Shown here: positions 38,386 to 47,669 of the stretch, in pieces
Layout: the number at the start of each line of letters is the position of its first letter
How positions within the stretch are numbered: the first letter of the stretch is position 1
Assembly: GCA_966211305.1 (NCBI GenBank)
Contig: CBIHPC010000012.1
Span: 44 to 64,043, forward strand
DNA length: 64,000 bases
DNA from: an uncultured Niastella sp.
GTDB lineage: Bacteria; Bacteroidota; Bacteroidia; Chitinophagales; Chitinophagaceae
Reading direction: 5' to 3'
Translations under genes and position numbers: made by a program
The notes under the pieces: model-generated
Told to the model about the DNA's origin: nothing
Database searches by the model: none
What the model saw: only the letters and a program-made list of their open reading frames with translations

Positions 38386-39102
38386 ATGGTAAAAACCGGT
38401 GGAAGTATATTTATTGCCCTGCCGCTGGTAGTAATGCTGTTATCGTTACTACCCGTGTATATTCTCTTTGTTCGTAAAGTAGCCATCACCGCCATACTTA
38501 ACGTACTCAGGGCAGTTTGTCTTTTTGTCTTTCTGCAATATCTCACGCTTTATTTTATACAGCCCGGTTTTCCTGCAATGCAAACCGCCTTCAGGCTGGC
38601 TGAATTCACACTGGTATTCTATCTTTTTAAATTGATGATGGCCGGCAGCCAGGCGAAGGACCTTATGAACATGATGCTGGTATCGTTCCTGTCTGTTGTA
38701 ATTACCATTTTTTCCCTGAAAGGCATAACGGCTTACCCGGGCATTATAATCATTATCGAAGCTTCAGTGATTACCGTTCTTGCTTTCGTTGTATTACTTC
38801 AACTCATCAGTAACAAACAAACAGCCATGCCCAATGAGCCCGGTTTCTGGATTGCCGGCGGCATGTTATGTTACTTTGGGATGGTAGTGTTTATGGAAGC
38901 TATAGCAGGCAGTCAACTGGAATTGTCGCAACAGATACAACAGGAAAAAGGTTTTATAGTAACAGTTGCCGATATTCTTCGAATGGTGTTCTTTATAGTG
39001 GCTGCATCCATTGCAGGCAAAAACAAAAAGGACATTAATAGTCATGAAGAGCCACCGCTTCCGCCCCTGCCGCCGCGCCCGCCATTTAAAATAAAGTATT
39101 AG
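38386..39102 (+). CDS. Uncharacterised 7-TM membrane protein (7TM-B) with a proline-rich tail
   Basis: I preferred the ATG at 38386 over the TTG at 38365. There are seven hydrophobic segments. TM5 has a Glu (IIIIEASVI...LQLISNK) and TM6 has FWIAGGMLCY, mirroring 7TM-A. The C-terminus is EEPPLPPLPPRPP. Confidence 0.6.
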   Translation: MVKTGGSIFIALPLVVMLLSLLPVYILFVRKVAITAILNVLRAVCLFVFLQYLTLYFIQPGFPAMQTAFRLAEFTLVFYLFKLMMAGSQAKDLMNMMLVSFLSVVITIFSLKGITAYPGIIIIIEASVITVLAFVVLLQLISNKQTAMPNEPGFWIAGGMLCYFGMVVFMEAIAGSQLELSQQIQQEKGFIVTVADILRMVFFIVAASIAGKNKKDINSHEEPPLPPLPPRPPFKIKY

Positions 39103-39109
39103 CAGGTCA

Positions 39110-39769
39110 TCAGATCTTCATTTCTGGGATATCCCCTTCTATCAGCAGCCTGCCTGAGGTTTTGCTGCGAATTTCATCAACCGTTATCCCCGGCGCCCGT
39201 TCAATAAGTTTGAACCCGCCTTCGGGTAAAACATCGAGCACGGCCAGTTCCGTTACAATACGTTTAACGCACTTCGCCCCTGTTAAAGGCAACGTACAGG
39301 CAGGTAATAATTTCGATTCGCCTTTAGGGTTGGTATGCATCATGGCTACAATAATGTTCTTTGCGCTGGCTACCAGGTCCATTGCCCCGCCCATGCCTTT
39401 TACCATTTTACCCGGGATCTTCCAGTTGGCAATATCCCCGTTCTCCGACACTTCCATGGCGCCCAGTACGGTAAGGTCAACCTTGCCTGCGCGTATCATG
39501 CCAAAGCTCTCAGCACTGTCAAAGAACGCACCGCCGGGAATAACCGTTACTGTTTCTTTACCGGCATTGATAAGGTCCGAATCGATCTCCGCTTCAACCG
39601 GATACGGCCCCATTCCGAGAATTCCGTTCTCAGATTGCAGCATGATCGTAATGCCAACGGGTATATAGTTTGCCACCAGGGTTGGAATTCCAATGCCCAG
39701 GTTTACGTACATCCCATCCCGTAATTCCTGTGCAATTCGTTTTGCAATACCGTATTTATCTAAAGCCAT
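39110..39769 (-). CDS. scoB: 3-oxoacid CoA-transferase subunit B
   Basis: 219 aa with the catalytic-Glu region [12 protein letters not shown] and GGAMDL. Confidence 0.85.
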   Translation of the reverse strand: MALDKYGIAKRIAQELRDGMYVNLGIGIPTLVANYIPVGITIMLQSENGILGMGPYPVEAEIDSDLINAGKETVTVIPGGAFFDSAESFGMIRAGKVDLTVLGAMEVSENGDIANWKIPGKMVKGMGGAMDLVASAKNIIVAMMHTNPKGESKLLPACTLPLTGAKCVKRIVTELAVLDVLPEGGFKLIERAPGITVDEIRSKTSGRLLIEGDIPEMKI

Positions 39770-39770
39770 T

Positions 39771-39859
39771 GTTGGTTTGTAGTTTGTTGTTTATGGTTTG
39801 TGGTTGCTGCGGCGCTTTGGGTTTTTCCTTTGTCATTCCTCATTCTCATTGTGCAATTC
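39771..39859. repeat. Word-repeat spacer inside the scoA-scoB operon
   Basis: In gene sense: tgagaattgcacaatgagaatgaggaatgac...caaccacaaaccataaacaacaaactacaaaccaac-ATG. GAGAAT words and ACAAACC words fill the 90-nt gap. Confidence 0.8.
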
Positions 39860-40570
39860 TCATTTACCCTCTATTTTCACGGTCTTCCGTTCAATCCGCT
39901 TTTCATAATTCCTGCCCTCAAAAATGCGGTGTACATAAATTCCGGCAACATGAATATGATCGGGGTCAAGTTCGCCCGGTTCTACCAAATGCTCAACTTC
40001 TGCTATGGTAACAGTTCCCGCTTTTGCAATGGAAGTGGAGAAATTGCGGGTTGTTTTCCGGAACACGAGATTGCCGTACCGATCACCCTTCCAGGCTTTC
40101 ACAATGGAAAAATCGGCATACAACGCATGTTCCATCAGGTACATTTTGTTATTGAACTCCCGCACTTCCTTACCTTGCGCTATTTCAGTACCATAACCGG
40201 CGGGCGTATAAAAAGCCGGGATACCCATGCCCGCCATTTGAATACGGGTGGCCAGCGTGCCCTGGGGTATAAGATCAACCTCCAGTTCGCCGCTTAACAA
40301 CTGCCTTTCAAATTCAGCATTCTCGCCCACATAGGAGCTCATCATTTTTTTTATCTGGCGGGTCTTCAACAGTAAGCCTAATCCGAAATCATCAACGCCG
40401 GCATTGTTTGAGATACAGGTGAGATGCTTTACGCCTTTGCGTACAAGAGCAGCAATACTATTTTCGGGAATACCACATAACCCAAATCCACCCAGCATAA
40501 TGGTAGCATTATCCTGAATGTCGGCTATGGCTTCATCGGCATTAGCAACAACTTTTTGCATAGCAGGCAA
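39860..40570 (-). CDS. scoA: 3-oxoacid CoA-transferase subunit A
   Basis: 236 aa with [14 protein letters not shown] and [12 protein letters not shown]. The start may instead be the second Met (MQKV). Confidence 0.85.
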   Translation of the reverse strand: MPAMQKVVANADEAIADIQDNATIMLGGFGLCGIPENSIAALVRKGVKHLTCISNNAGVDDFGLGLLLKTRQIKKMMSSYVGENAEFERQLLSGELEVDLIPQGTLATRIQMAGMGIPAFYTPAGYGTEIAQGKEVREFNNKMYLMEHALYADFSIVKAWKGDRYGNLVFRKTTRNFSTSIAKAGTVTIAEVEHLVEPGELDPDHIHVAGIYVHRIFEGRNYEKRIERKTVKIEGK

Positions 40571-40656
40571 TTTATTGATAAAAATAAGGAACTACCCTTC
40601 AACCAGCCAAAATGGTGATTGGGATTTAATAGATTTTTTATCAACCTAAAATCATC

Positions 40657-41286
40657 TTATTGCCTTTTTAGCTGGAGCCGGGTTGCAGAATCAATTTTAA
40701 GATGTTTGTTAAGGGGAAACTTACCTGGCCGTTTTCTTAAGTTAGGCGGCGCTTGCGGAATAAGAGGTTGCGGAAGGCCGCCGGGTTGTCCTACACCAGG
40801 TTGTTGCTTAACAGGCTGCTGTGTAGCAGGTTGAATTACCGGTTTACCGTTCGCAGCTTTTGCGGTATCAACCTTTAATGAGTCGCTTTTCTTCAACGAA
40901 TCAACCTTTTGTTGTACACTGGCGGTATCGAGCGGTTTAGGTTTATACAGCTCTTCGCGACGGCGGTTGGCCCTGGTGGCCAGTGAGTCGAACATAATGC
41001 GGGCTATGTCGGGACGGCTCATATAGAACTTATAGCTCTTTATAAACTCATCCTTTGAGACCTGATGTATTGCGAAAACCTGGGCATATAACTTAAAGGT
41101 TTCCGTTTTCATGGTTGACGAATCGCGAATAAAAGACTCCCTGTAACGTTCGGCCTGTATCATATCCCACAACACTTTCTCCATTTTATCCTTCGGCAAT
41201 ATACCGGCCGGGATCTTGTCTTTATCGGTACAACTTACCATACACCACACTATAACGCTCAAACATACCAGTAATAGCCGGTTCAT
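40657..41286 (-). CDS. DUF4296-like lipoprotein with a Pro/Gln-rich tail
   Basis: Lipobox CMVSC. The N-terminal ILPKDKMEKVLWDMIQAE is typical of DUF4296. The tail reads QPATQQPVKQQPGVGQPGGLPQPLIPQAPP. The start overlaps the stop of the upstream gene by 4 nt. Confidence 0.6.
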   Translation of the reverse strand: MNRLLLVCLSVIVWCMVSCTDKDKIPAGILPKDKMEKVLWDMIQAERYRESFIRDSSTMKTETFKLYAQVFAIHQVSKDEFIKSYKFYMSRPDIARIMFDSLATRANRRREELYKPKPLDTASVQQKVDSLKKSDSLKVDTAKAANGKPVIQPATQQPVKQQPGVGQPGGLPQPLIPQAPPNLRKRPGKFPLNKHLKIDSATRLQLKRQ

Positions 41287-42206
41287 TTTAATTCCTGTTT
41301 ATACGTATTGGAATTGGAGATATCGATCTTTTGCAGAATTTCCCTTGCCTTTTGTTTGTCTTCGGGAGTAGCTTTTTTGAATATGCGTACCAGTTCGGTC
41401 GATTTGCCCTGGAAGAAGAACGCCACGATCATGGTATTGGGAATATCATTGTTCATGGTATTGATCAGGCTCAGGGAGTTAAGTATTGCGCTGCGTGCCT
41501 CCGTTTCATTCTCATACATATAATCCATACCGAGGCGGTAATAGCTGTAAATAGCATCATGCATCAGGTTATACCGGTTGTTGGTAAGATTTTCGGTTAA
41601 CCAGTACCGGTTACGCAATCCATCGAAAGCTTTCCAGCCGGCAATATCCCTTCCCTCAGGCGCATTGTTCACGATGTTCATCGCCTTCTGAAACCAGGGG
41701 TCTCCGCCACGTAATGAGAAAGAATCAAAATCGAGCCCTATAATTACATACACGTAATAAGCAAGTATCGCAGGCAGGTTACCCACCATTGGGTCGGAAC
41801 CAGATACGCGGTTTTCGTTAAATTCAATGGGTTGGTATTCTACATATTTGAATGCCACGTTCTCATCCATAAAATTGATCAGCGGACATTCGTAGTTGGT
41901 ATTGTACACCGGGCGGGCAGCCTGTACAGTAAGGGTTGCTTTATATATATTTCCCGACTGAGCCTCGCTGATGTTCAACAGGAAATTACATACTATCTTT
42001 TCGTTATTTTGAAAGGTTTCCTTTGTCCACTTACGGTTGTTCAAAAAATTATTGAGCGCCGCCTGGCAGGTTTGGAACGCTTTCTTATCGGCAGGTGTTC
42101 CTAACCGGCTGGTATTTACAGTTATACGGGCCTTCAGTTCCTGGGCGTCCAGTAATACCGGTGCCATAACCATCAGGCAGATTATCCATACGATCTTTCT
42201 ACACAT
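41283..42206 (-). CDS. DUF4835-family secreted protein (from memory, labelled T9SS-associated PorD in some annotations)
   Basis: 307 aa with a signal peptide and an N-terminal ELKARITVN...KKAF motif. The position after coaBC is conserved in Bacteroidota. Confidence 0.55.
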   Translation of the reverse strand: MCRKIVWIICLMVMAPVLLDAQELKARITVNTSRLGTPADKKAFQTCQAALNNFLNNRKWTKETFQNNEKIVCNFLLNISEAQSGNIYKATLTVQAARPVYNTNYECPLINFMDENVAFKYVEYQPIEFNENRVSGSDPMVGNLPAILAYYVYVIIGLDFDSFSLRGGDPWFQKAMNIVNNAPEGRDIAGWKAFDGLRNRYWLTENLTNNRYNLMHDAIYSYYRLGMDYMYENETEARSAILNSLSLINTMNNDIPNTMIVAFFFQGKSTELVRIFKKATPEDKQKAREILQKIDISNSNTYKQELK

Positions 42207-43395
42207 ATAGCAGGTTTACGATTCTATCAACGATATCTTTAGCCACTTGTTGTTTGGGCTTGCGGTCATACACGGTCTCACCACCACCTTTTTCAAAAAT
42301 AGTAACCTTATTGGTATCGTAGCCAAAACCGGCCCCTTCATCGTTCAACGAGTTCAGCACGATCATGTCGGCATTTTTGGCAGTCAGTTTATCAAGTGCA
42401 TATTGCCGTTCATTGGCGGTTTCCAAGGCAAACCCTACGAGCAATTGCCCGTTCTTTTTCACCTGCCCCAGGCTTTTCAATATATCTTTTGTCTTTGTAA
42501 GCTCTATTACCAGGGAACCGCCAGTTTTTTTGATCTTTTCAGGAGCGGTTTCAACCGGGGTATAATCAGCTACGGCTGCGCTCATCACGGCAATATCTGC
42601 CCCGGGGAATTCAGCTATACAGGTATCATACATTTGACCGGCTGTTTGCACTTTATGAACATATATACCAGGCATGGTGGTTTTTACTGCCGATGGCCCC
42701 AGCACCAAATGCACTTCAGCGCCGCGGTTAGCCAGTTCCTCGGCAATGGCCAGTCCCATTTTGCCAGAGGAATGATTACCAATAAACCGTACAGGATCAA
42801 TGGGCTCGTAGGTGGGGCCCGCGGTTACCAGCGCTTTTTTGCCTGCGAGGTCTTTTTTACCAAAAACGTGGTTCCGGAGGTACTGCATAATGGCTTCCGG
42901 CTCGGCCATGCGGCCGTCGCCATATAAACCACTGGCCAGCTCGCCCTTATCAACAGGAATTATCCGGTTGCCGAACGCTTCCAGCTTTTGCAGATTACCC
43001 TGCGTTGCCGGGTGATGCCACATATCTTCATCCATGGCAGGGGCAACTACAACGGGGCAGGTAGCCGATAACCAGGTAGCCAGCAACATATTATCACACA
43101 TTCCATGGGCCATTTTTGCCAGGGTATTGCAGCTTAAGGGCGCAACTACCATTACATCGGCCCAGCGACCCAGCATTACATGGTTCGACCATGATTCGTT
43201 GTTAGCCAGTTCGGATATTACAGCATTTTTCGATAATGTCGACAGGGTTAGCGGTGATACAAATGCCGCTGCGGCAGGGGTCATTACTACTTTAACATCG
43301 GCCCCGGCCTTTACAAGCAGGCGAACCAGTAATATAGATTTATAGGCCGCAATGCTTCCGGTAACAGCCAGCAATATTTTTTTATCCTGGAACAT
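42199..43395 (-). CDS. coaBC: Bifunctional phosphopantothenoylcysteine decarboxylase / synthetase
   Basis: 398 aa. The flavoprotein N-domain has GSIAAYK and PAMDEDMW. The CoaB domain has NHSSGKMG. Confidence 0.9.
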   Translation of the reverse strand: MFQDKKILLAVTGSIAAYKSILLVRLLVKAGADVKVVMTPAAAAFVSPLTLSTLSKNAVISELANNESWSNHVMLGRWADVMVVAPLSCNTLAKMAHGMCDNMLLATWLSATCPVVVAPAMDEDMWHHPATQGNLQKLEAFGNRIIPVDKGELASGLYGDGRMAEPEAIMQYLRNHVFGKKDLAGKKALVTAGPTYEPIDPVRFIGNHSSGKMGLAIAEELANRGAEVHLVLGPSAVKTTMPGIYVHKVQTAGQMYDTCIAEFPGADIAVMSAAVADYTPVETAPEKIKKTGGSLVIELTKTKDILKSLGQVKKNGQLLVGFALETANERQYALDKLTAKNADMIVLNSLNDEGAGFGYDTNKVTIFEKGGGETVYDRKPKQQVAKDIVDRIVNLLYV

Positions 43396-43496
43396 AATTG
43401 GTTAAAATTAGGTCATTTAGGCTAAACAAAACGGCTCGCTACCGGCCCTGTTTTTCAACAATAACATTAATACAACAATCAGAAAAACACTATAAA

Positions 43497-43528
43497 ACTA
43501 AAAAGCGACAGGTATTTCTGTCGCTTTC
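43497..43528 (-). terminator. Rho-independent terminator after rpoZ
   Basis: On the minus strand: AAAGCGACAG-aaatac-CTGTCGCTTT followed by TTAGTTTT. Confidence 0.7.
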
Positions 43529-43551
43529 CATACATTTTCTACCATTAATAT

Positions 43552-43893
43552 TTAACTGAAAAGGTCATCTTCATTTTTACGATAATATATTTTATCGTCG
43601 AGGAATTCCTGGGTTGCCAGTAAGGCGGGGTTAGGCATACGCTCATAAGCTCTTGAAATTTCGATCTGCTCTTTATTCTCATGAATCTCTTCCAGGCTGT
43701 CGGTATGGCTGGCAAACTCTTCCAGTTTGTTATGCAGTTCCTCTTTCAATGAGATATTGATCTGATTAGCTCTTTTGGCAATAATGGCAATTGACTCGTA
43801 CACATTGCCGGTTTTGCCTTTAATGGCGTTCAAATCTTTTGTTTCGGCCACATTAGCAGTGTTGGCGCTAATTTGTCTTCGTAATTTGCTCAT
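43552..43893 (-). CDS. rpoZ: DNA-directed RNA polymerase subunit omega
   Basis: 113 aa. NVYESIAIIAKRANQI matches the omega core (N-x-Y-E-L-V..A..RA.Q). The bamD-rpoZ-coaBC order is conserved. The ORF overlaps the bamD 3' end by 26 nt. Confidence 0.7.
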   Translation of the reverse strand: MSKLRRQISANTANVAETKDLNAIKGKTGNVYESIAIIAKRANQINISLKEELHNKLEEFASHTDSLEEIHENKEQIEISRAYERMPNPALLATQEFLDDKIYYRKNEDDLFS

Positions 43894-44695
43894 TATTGTT
43901 GGCTTTAAGATTGTTTTTAGATAATGTCTCGTAACTCTCCACTTCTTTCTTCAATGTGCTTTCAGGAAAACGGTCCATGAAATCATTGCACTCGGTAATT
44001 ACCTGTTCAAAGCGGGTGTTTTTCTTTTCTTCGATACTATTTACAGCAAATAAATAATATGATTTGATGATCTGTAATTTATAAGTATCGCTTTTTTGCG
44101 AATCGGGAAAATCGTTCATCAGGCTGGTGTAAGCGATTGCGGCAGCGCGGAAATGCCCCATATTATAATATAAGGCAGCGCTGCTGTATTGTTTTTCCTC
44201 CAGCTTTGCCCGGCATTTATCCATAATATCCGAGGCCTCTTTATTCTTAGGCGAGTTGGGATGTGTATTGATAAATGTTTGCATCAACCCGATCGTTTTT
44301 TGCGTATTGGTTTGATCCAGTGCGGGTTTTGGCGATTGCCTGTAATACGTATAGGCCCGCATAAATTCCATTTCCTCTGCCTTCGTACTGTTGGGGAAAA
44401 CCTCTACAAACTGTTTGAAGAGGTTTTCTGCCTGCAGCCAGTCGTGCAAATGGTATGAACAATATGCATATTTATAAAAAAGATCTTCAAACTGCGGCTG
44501 CCCCTTCATTAAAGGGAAAAGCTCTTCATACAATTGCTGGGCATAGTTGTACTTCTTTGCTACATAGTACTTTTCGGCCATGCGTAACTTATAGTCATAG
44601 TCGGTACTCTTCTGCACCCTGGAGAACCTGGAGCATGACACTACGCTTAGGGCAATTATTGCAATTAGTAAAGCTGAACGCATAAAAGTGGGCAA
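43868..44695 (-). CDS. bamD: Outer-membrane protein assembly factor BamD (TPR lipoprotein)
   Basis: 275 aa with lipobox SVVSC and TPR-like repeats (AEKYYVAKKYNYAQQLYEEL..). Confidence 0.75.
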   Translation of the reverse strand: MPTFMRSALLIAIIALSVVSCSRFSRVQKSTDYDYKLRMAEKYYVAKKYNYAQQLYEELFPLMKGQPQFEDLFYKYAYCSYHLHDWLQAENLFKQFVEVFPNSTKAEEMEFMRAYTYYRQSPKPALDQTNTQKTIGLMQTFINTHPNSPKNKEASDIMDKCRAKLEEKQYSSAALYYNMGHFRAAAIAYTSLMNDFPDSQKSDTYKLQIIKSYYLFAVNSIEEKKNTRFEQVITECNDFMDRFPESTLKKEVESYETLSKNNLKANNNEQITKTN

Positions 44696-44761
44696 AGTTA
44701 AGGTTTTCCTGCAAATATGTATGGAAAGGTGCGGTAACCCAAAAACAGGGCGTTAAGATAA

Positions 44762-44798
44762 ATATAAAAACCTTCCCCCGGCAAAACGGGGGAAGGTT
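44762..44798 (-). terminator. Rho-independent terminator after the OmpA-family gene
   Basis: AACCTTCCCCCG (44769-44780) pairs with CGGGGGAAGGTT (44787-44798). On the minus strand it is followed by TTTTTATATTT. Confidence 0.85.
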
Positions 44799-44834
44799 AT
44801 ACTATTAGTTAAAGCAATTTAGCTAAAGTACTTA

Positions 44835-46502
44835 TTATCGGCCACGACGCAGGTTCGGATGTGGTGCAGGCACTGTAGTAGGACCTTCATCACCAGTTCC
44901 ATCGCGCAGGTCTACTGTGTTGCAATCACCGCCGGGCTCACCATATTTGAAGATGAACCGGTCTTGGCTAATACCTTCTTTATCAACCAGGTAGCTGATA
45001 ACTGCATTCACACGGTCCCAGCTTAACTGTTGTTCAGATTTACTTGAAGAACAGTAACCGATAACAGCGATCTTACAGTTAGGGTTATTTCTGATCTGAG
45101 AAGCGGCTGTAGCCAGTAAAGCTTTAGCATCGTTGCTCAATGTTACAGATCTCGGTTTGAACGTTACGCTTGGTAAGTCGCCGATACCGCAGGCGTTCTG
45201 ACGGGTTACCATGTTCATCAGAGAATCGCAGCATGCAGGCGGAGGACATTTACCAACACCGTCAGCGTCAACAGGTTGACATTGTGTAGGTGTAACCAGT
45301 TCCTTGTCTTTGTGATCGGGAACGCCATCACCGTCAGTATCGCGGCTAACACCATGGCTGTCAACAGGAGCGCCGGCAGGTGTGTTAGGCTCCTGGTCGA
45401 ACTGGTCAGTGATGCCATCGCCATCAGCATCATCCAATACTGGTTTGGGGAGCTTCATGTGGCGTGGTTTGTTAACCTCGCTGTAAGCGTAATCCAGCGG
45501 ATTCAGCCACCATAAAGGTTCAACAGATTTATTACCGATTGCCATGTTGATACCAACAGACAGGAAGTTATACGTATCGAAATCTCTTGTTTGAGCAGGT
45601 GCGGTTTGGAAACCGGGAACGGAAGTAGCCACTCCGTTTTCCTGCCATTGCTGACCGTCTAACAGGTCGGTTTTAGTGATGGTCAATTTGTCCTCGATTG
45701 CGAGGCTGAATTTTTTGTTCAGTTTAAATTGAACGCCGGCACCTACATTAGCGATAAAGCGGAAAGGTTTATCGAATAATTCAGGTTGACCATTATCACG
45801 CTCAGCTTCTGTTTCATAATCGCCGTCGAAGATATCTTTCAGGTCTTTTTTGATATCCTTTCTGTCTTTATATTGAAAGCCAGTAGGACCATATTGAGCT
45901 ATAACACTAGAGAAATCATACGGCGTATTTCCGTTTAAAGCGTCAACTTTAGTGTCATAGATCATGCCACCCAAACCGGCAAAGGCATACACATTAAAGC
46001 TGCTTTTTGATTTATGAAAGCGAATGTTACTCAAGGTTACCACACCCTGTATGCTCAGATCGTACACATTCGTTTTGTAGTTATAAAACACTTGTTGTCC
46101 GGGAGCGTAGCCGTTTGTATTCCAGGCACTATTTTTTGTCCAATGGGTAGAAGGCTGGAAGTTCAAACCTTTGGTAGTTCCAAAGCCCACCTGACCTCTT
46201 AAAGAGAATACATAACCTAAAGCTTTACGCGCATGTAACGCAATCCCGCCCAGGGGAGTACGGCTACGTACATCACCAGAAACGGTAAAAGCACCTGCCT
46301 GTAAACCTATTTCCCACTGATTGCGGGGTTTGGCAGGGTAAGGATAGTTGTTTGCCATGAACTCGGTGTGCTGGGGGAGTCTTTTAGACGGTACAACTGA
46401 AGAATCCTGATAATCATACGAACCGCTTCCCAATTGTGCCTGGGAGGCAGCAGATAACAGGAGCAATAAGCTTAAAAAACTTACGTACTTTTTGCTTGCC
46501 AT
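44835..46502 (-). CDS. OmpA-family outer-membrane protein with thrombospondin type-3 (Ca-binding) repeats
   Basis: 555 aa with a signal peptide, a beta-barrel N-part, DADGDGITDQFD and DTDGDGVPDHKD repeats, and a C-terminal OmpA-like domain. Confidence 0.8.
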   Translation of the reverse strand: MASKKYVSFLSLLLLLSAASQAQLGSGSYDYQDSSVVPSKRLPQHTEFMANNYPYPAKPRNQWEIGLQAGAFTVSGDVRSRTPLGGIALHARKALGYVFSLRGQVGFGTTKGLNFQPSTHWTKNSAWNTNGYAPGQQVFYNYKTNVYDLSIQGVVTLSNIRFHKSKSSFNVYAFAGLGGMIYDTKVDALNGNTPYDFSSVIAQYGPTGFQYKDRKDIKKDLKDIFDGDYETEAERDNGQPELFDKPFRFIANVGAGVQFKLNKKFSLAIEDKLTITKTDLLDGQQWQENGVATSVPGFQTAPAQTRDFDTYNFLSVGINMAIGNKSVEPLWWLNPLDYAYSEVNKPRHMKLPKPVLDDADGDGITDQFDQEPNTPAGAPVDSHGVSRDTDGDGVPDHKDKELVTPTQCQPVDADGVGKCPPPACCDSLMNMVTRQNACGIGDLPSVTFKPRSVTLSNDAKALLATAASQIRNNPNCKIAVIGYCSSSKSEQQLSWDRVNAVISYLVDKEGISQDRFIFKYGEPGGDCNTVDLRDGTGDEGPTTVPAPHPNLRRGR

Positions 46503-46550
46503 AACTAAATTTTATGTGAAGGATTAAGTAACCTGAACTCAGAATCTGTG

Positions 46551-46580
46551 CAAAAATATTAATTGACAGCTAACTACCAA
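46551..46580 (-). promoter_or_regulatory. Consensus Bacteroidota promoter of the OmpA-family gene
   Basis: The minus strand reads TTG-gtagttagctgtcaattaa-TATTTTTG, an exact TTG-N19-TAnnTTTG, 48 nt upstream of the ATG. Confidence 0.65.
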
Positions 46581-46706
46581 ATTTTTTTCCCCAACACAAT
46601 GTGCATTATCTTGCTGTTTTTCACACAGTAAGATCATTACAGAGCAAATTAAATGCCTCTTACGTTATACATTATAAAATAGTAATTTGCTCACCTTATA
46701 TACCGC

Positions 46707-47669
46707 ATGAAGTTATCACTAGCAATATTACGAGAAGAATTACCCGAATTTGAGAAGCAATTCCATGAGGCGGTAAAGAGCCAGGTTCCGCTCCTGAACA
46801 GGATTATGCGGTTTCTTGTTAACCGGAAAGGCAAGCAGTTACGACCCATGTTCGTACTGCTTTCAGCCAAGCTGTGCGGGCCCGTTAACGATACTACCTA
46901 CCGGGCTGCGTCCCTGGTAGAATTACTACATTCGGCTACCCTTGTTCATGACGATGTAGTAGATGAATCACTTGAACGTAGGGGATTTTTCTCTACATAT
47001 GCGTTGTGGAAAAGCAAGGTATCAGTTTTGGTCGGCGACTACCTCTTAGCCAAAGGCATGCTGCTTTCCCTCGATCATGATGACTACCGTATATTAAAAT
47101 TATTATCCAACGCCATACGGCAAATGAGTGAAGGCGAGCTGCTGCAAATGGAAAAGTCGCGCTCGCTCAACTTTGAAGAAGCCACCTATTTCGAGATCAT
47201 TAAAGGGAAAACAGCCTCCCTCCTTGCCTCCGCCTGCGCCTCCGGCGCCTGGTCAACCACACAAAATGAAACCATCACGGAAAAAATGCGGGTATTTGGC
47301 GAAAAAGTAGGCATGGCCTTCCAGATCAAGGACGACCTGTTCGACTATGGCAGTGAGGCCATCGGTAAACCTACCGGGAATGATATCCGGGAAAAGAAAC
47401 TCACCCTTCCATTGATATATACATTACAGAACACGGATGCAACCACCCGCCGGAAACTTATATATATTATCAAAAATCAAAATAAAGACCCGCAGAAGGT
47501 TCAGGAGGTCATAAATGTGGTAAAGCAAACCGGCGGCATTAGCTATACTGAGAAAAAAATGTTTAGCTTCAGGGATGAAGCGCTGGCCGTTTTGCACGAA
47601 TTCGATAATATAGAGATACGTAACGGCCTTGAAGAACTGGTACGATACACAACCGATAGAAAATATTAA
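46707..47669 (+). CDS. Polyprenyl diphosphate synthase (IspB-like, long-chain, for the menaquinone side chain)
   Basis: 320 aa with the first DDxxD in LVHDDVVDES and the second in FQIKDDLFD. Confidence 0.85.
   Translation: MKLSLAILREELPEFEKQFHEAVKSQVPLLNRIMRFLVNRKGKQLRPMFVLLSAKLCGPVNDTTYRAASLVELLHSATLVHDDVVDESLERRGFFSTYALWKSKVSVLVGDYLLAKGMLLSLDHDDYRILKLLSNAIRQMSEGELLQMEKSRSLNFEEATYFEIIKGKTASLLASACASGAWSTTQNETITEKMRVFGEKVGMAFQIKDDLFDYGSEAIGKPTGNDIREKKLTLPLIYTLQNTDATTRRKLIYIIKNQNKDPQKVQEVINVVKQTGGISYTEKKMFSFRDEALAVLHEFDNIEIRNGLEELVRYTTDRKY

Noticed and set aside
40619-40834. A 71-aa Cys/Gly-rich plus-strand ORF (GCGRPPGCPTPGCCLTGCCVAG) that looks superficially like a RiPP or metallothionein.
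   Set aside because: It is the antisense reading of the Pro/Gln-rich tail of the DUF4296 lipoprotein gene. The composition is a mirror artefact.
43868-43893. The 26-nt bamD/rpoZ overlap as a possible frameshift or mis-assembly.
   Set aside because: Both frames read through cleanly with family-typical ends and rpoZ has no alternative Met. Overlap of tightly coupled genes is the simpler explanation.
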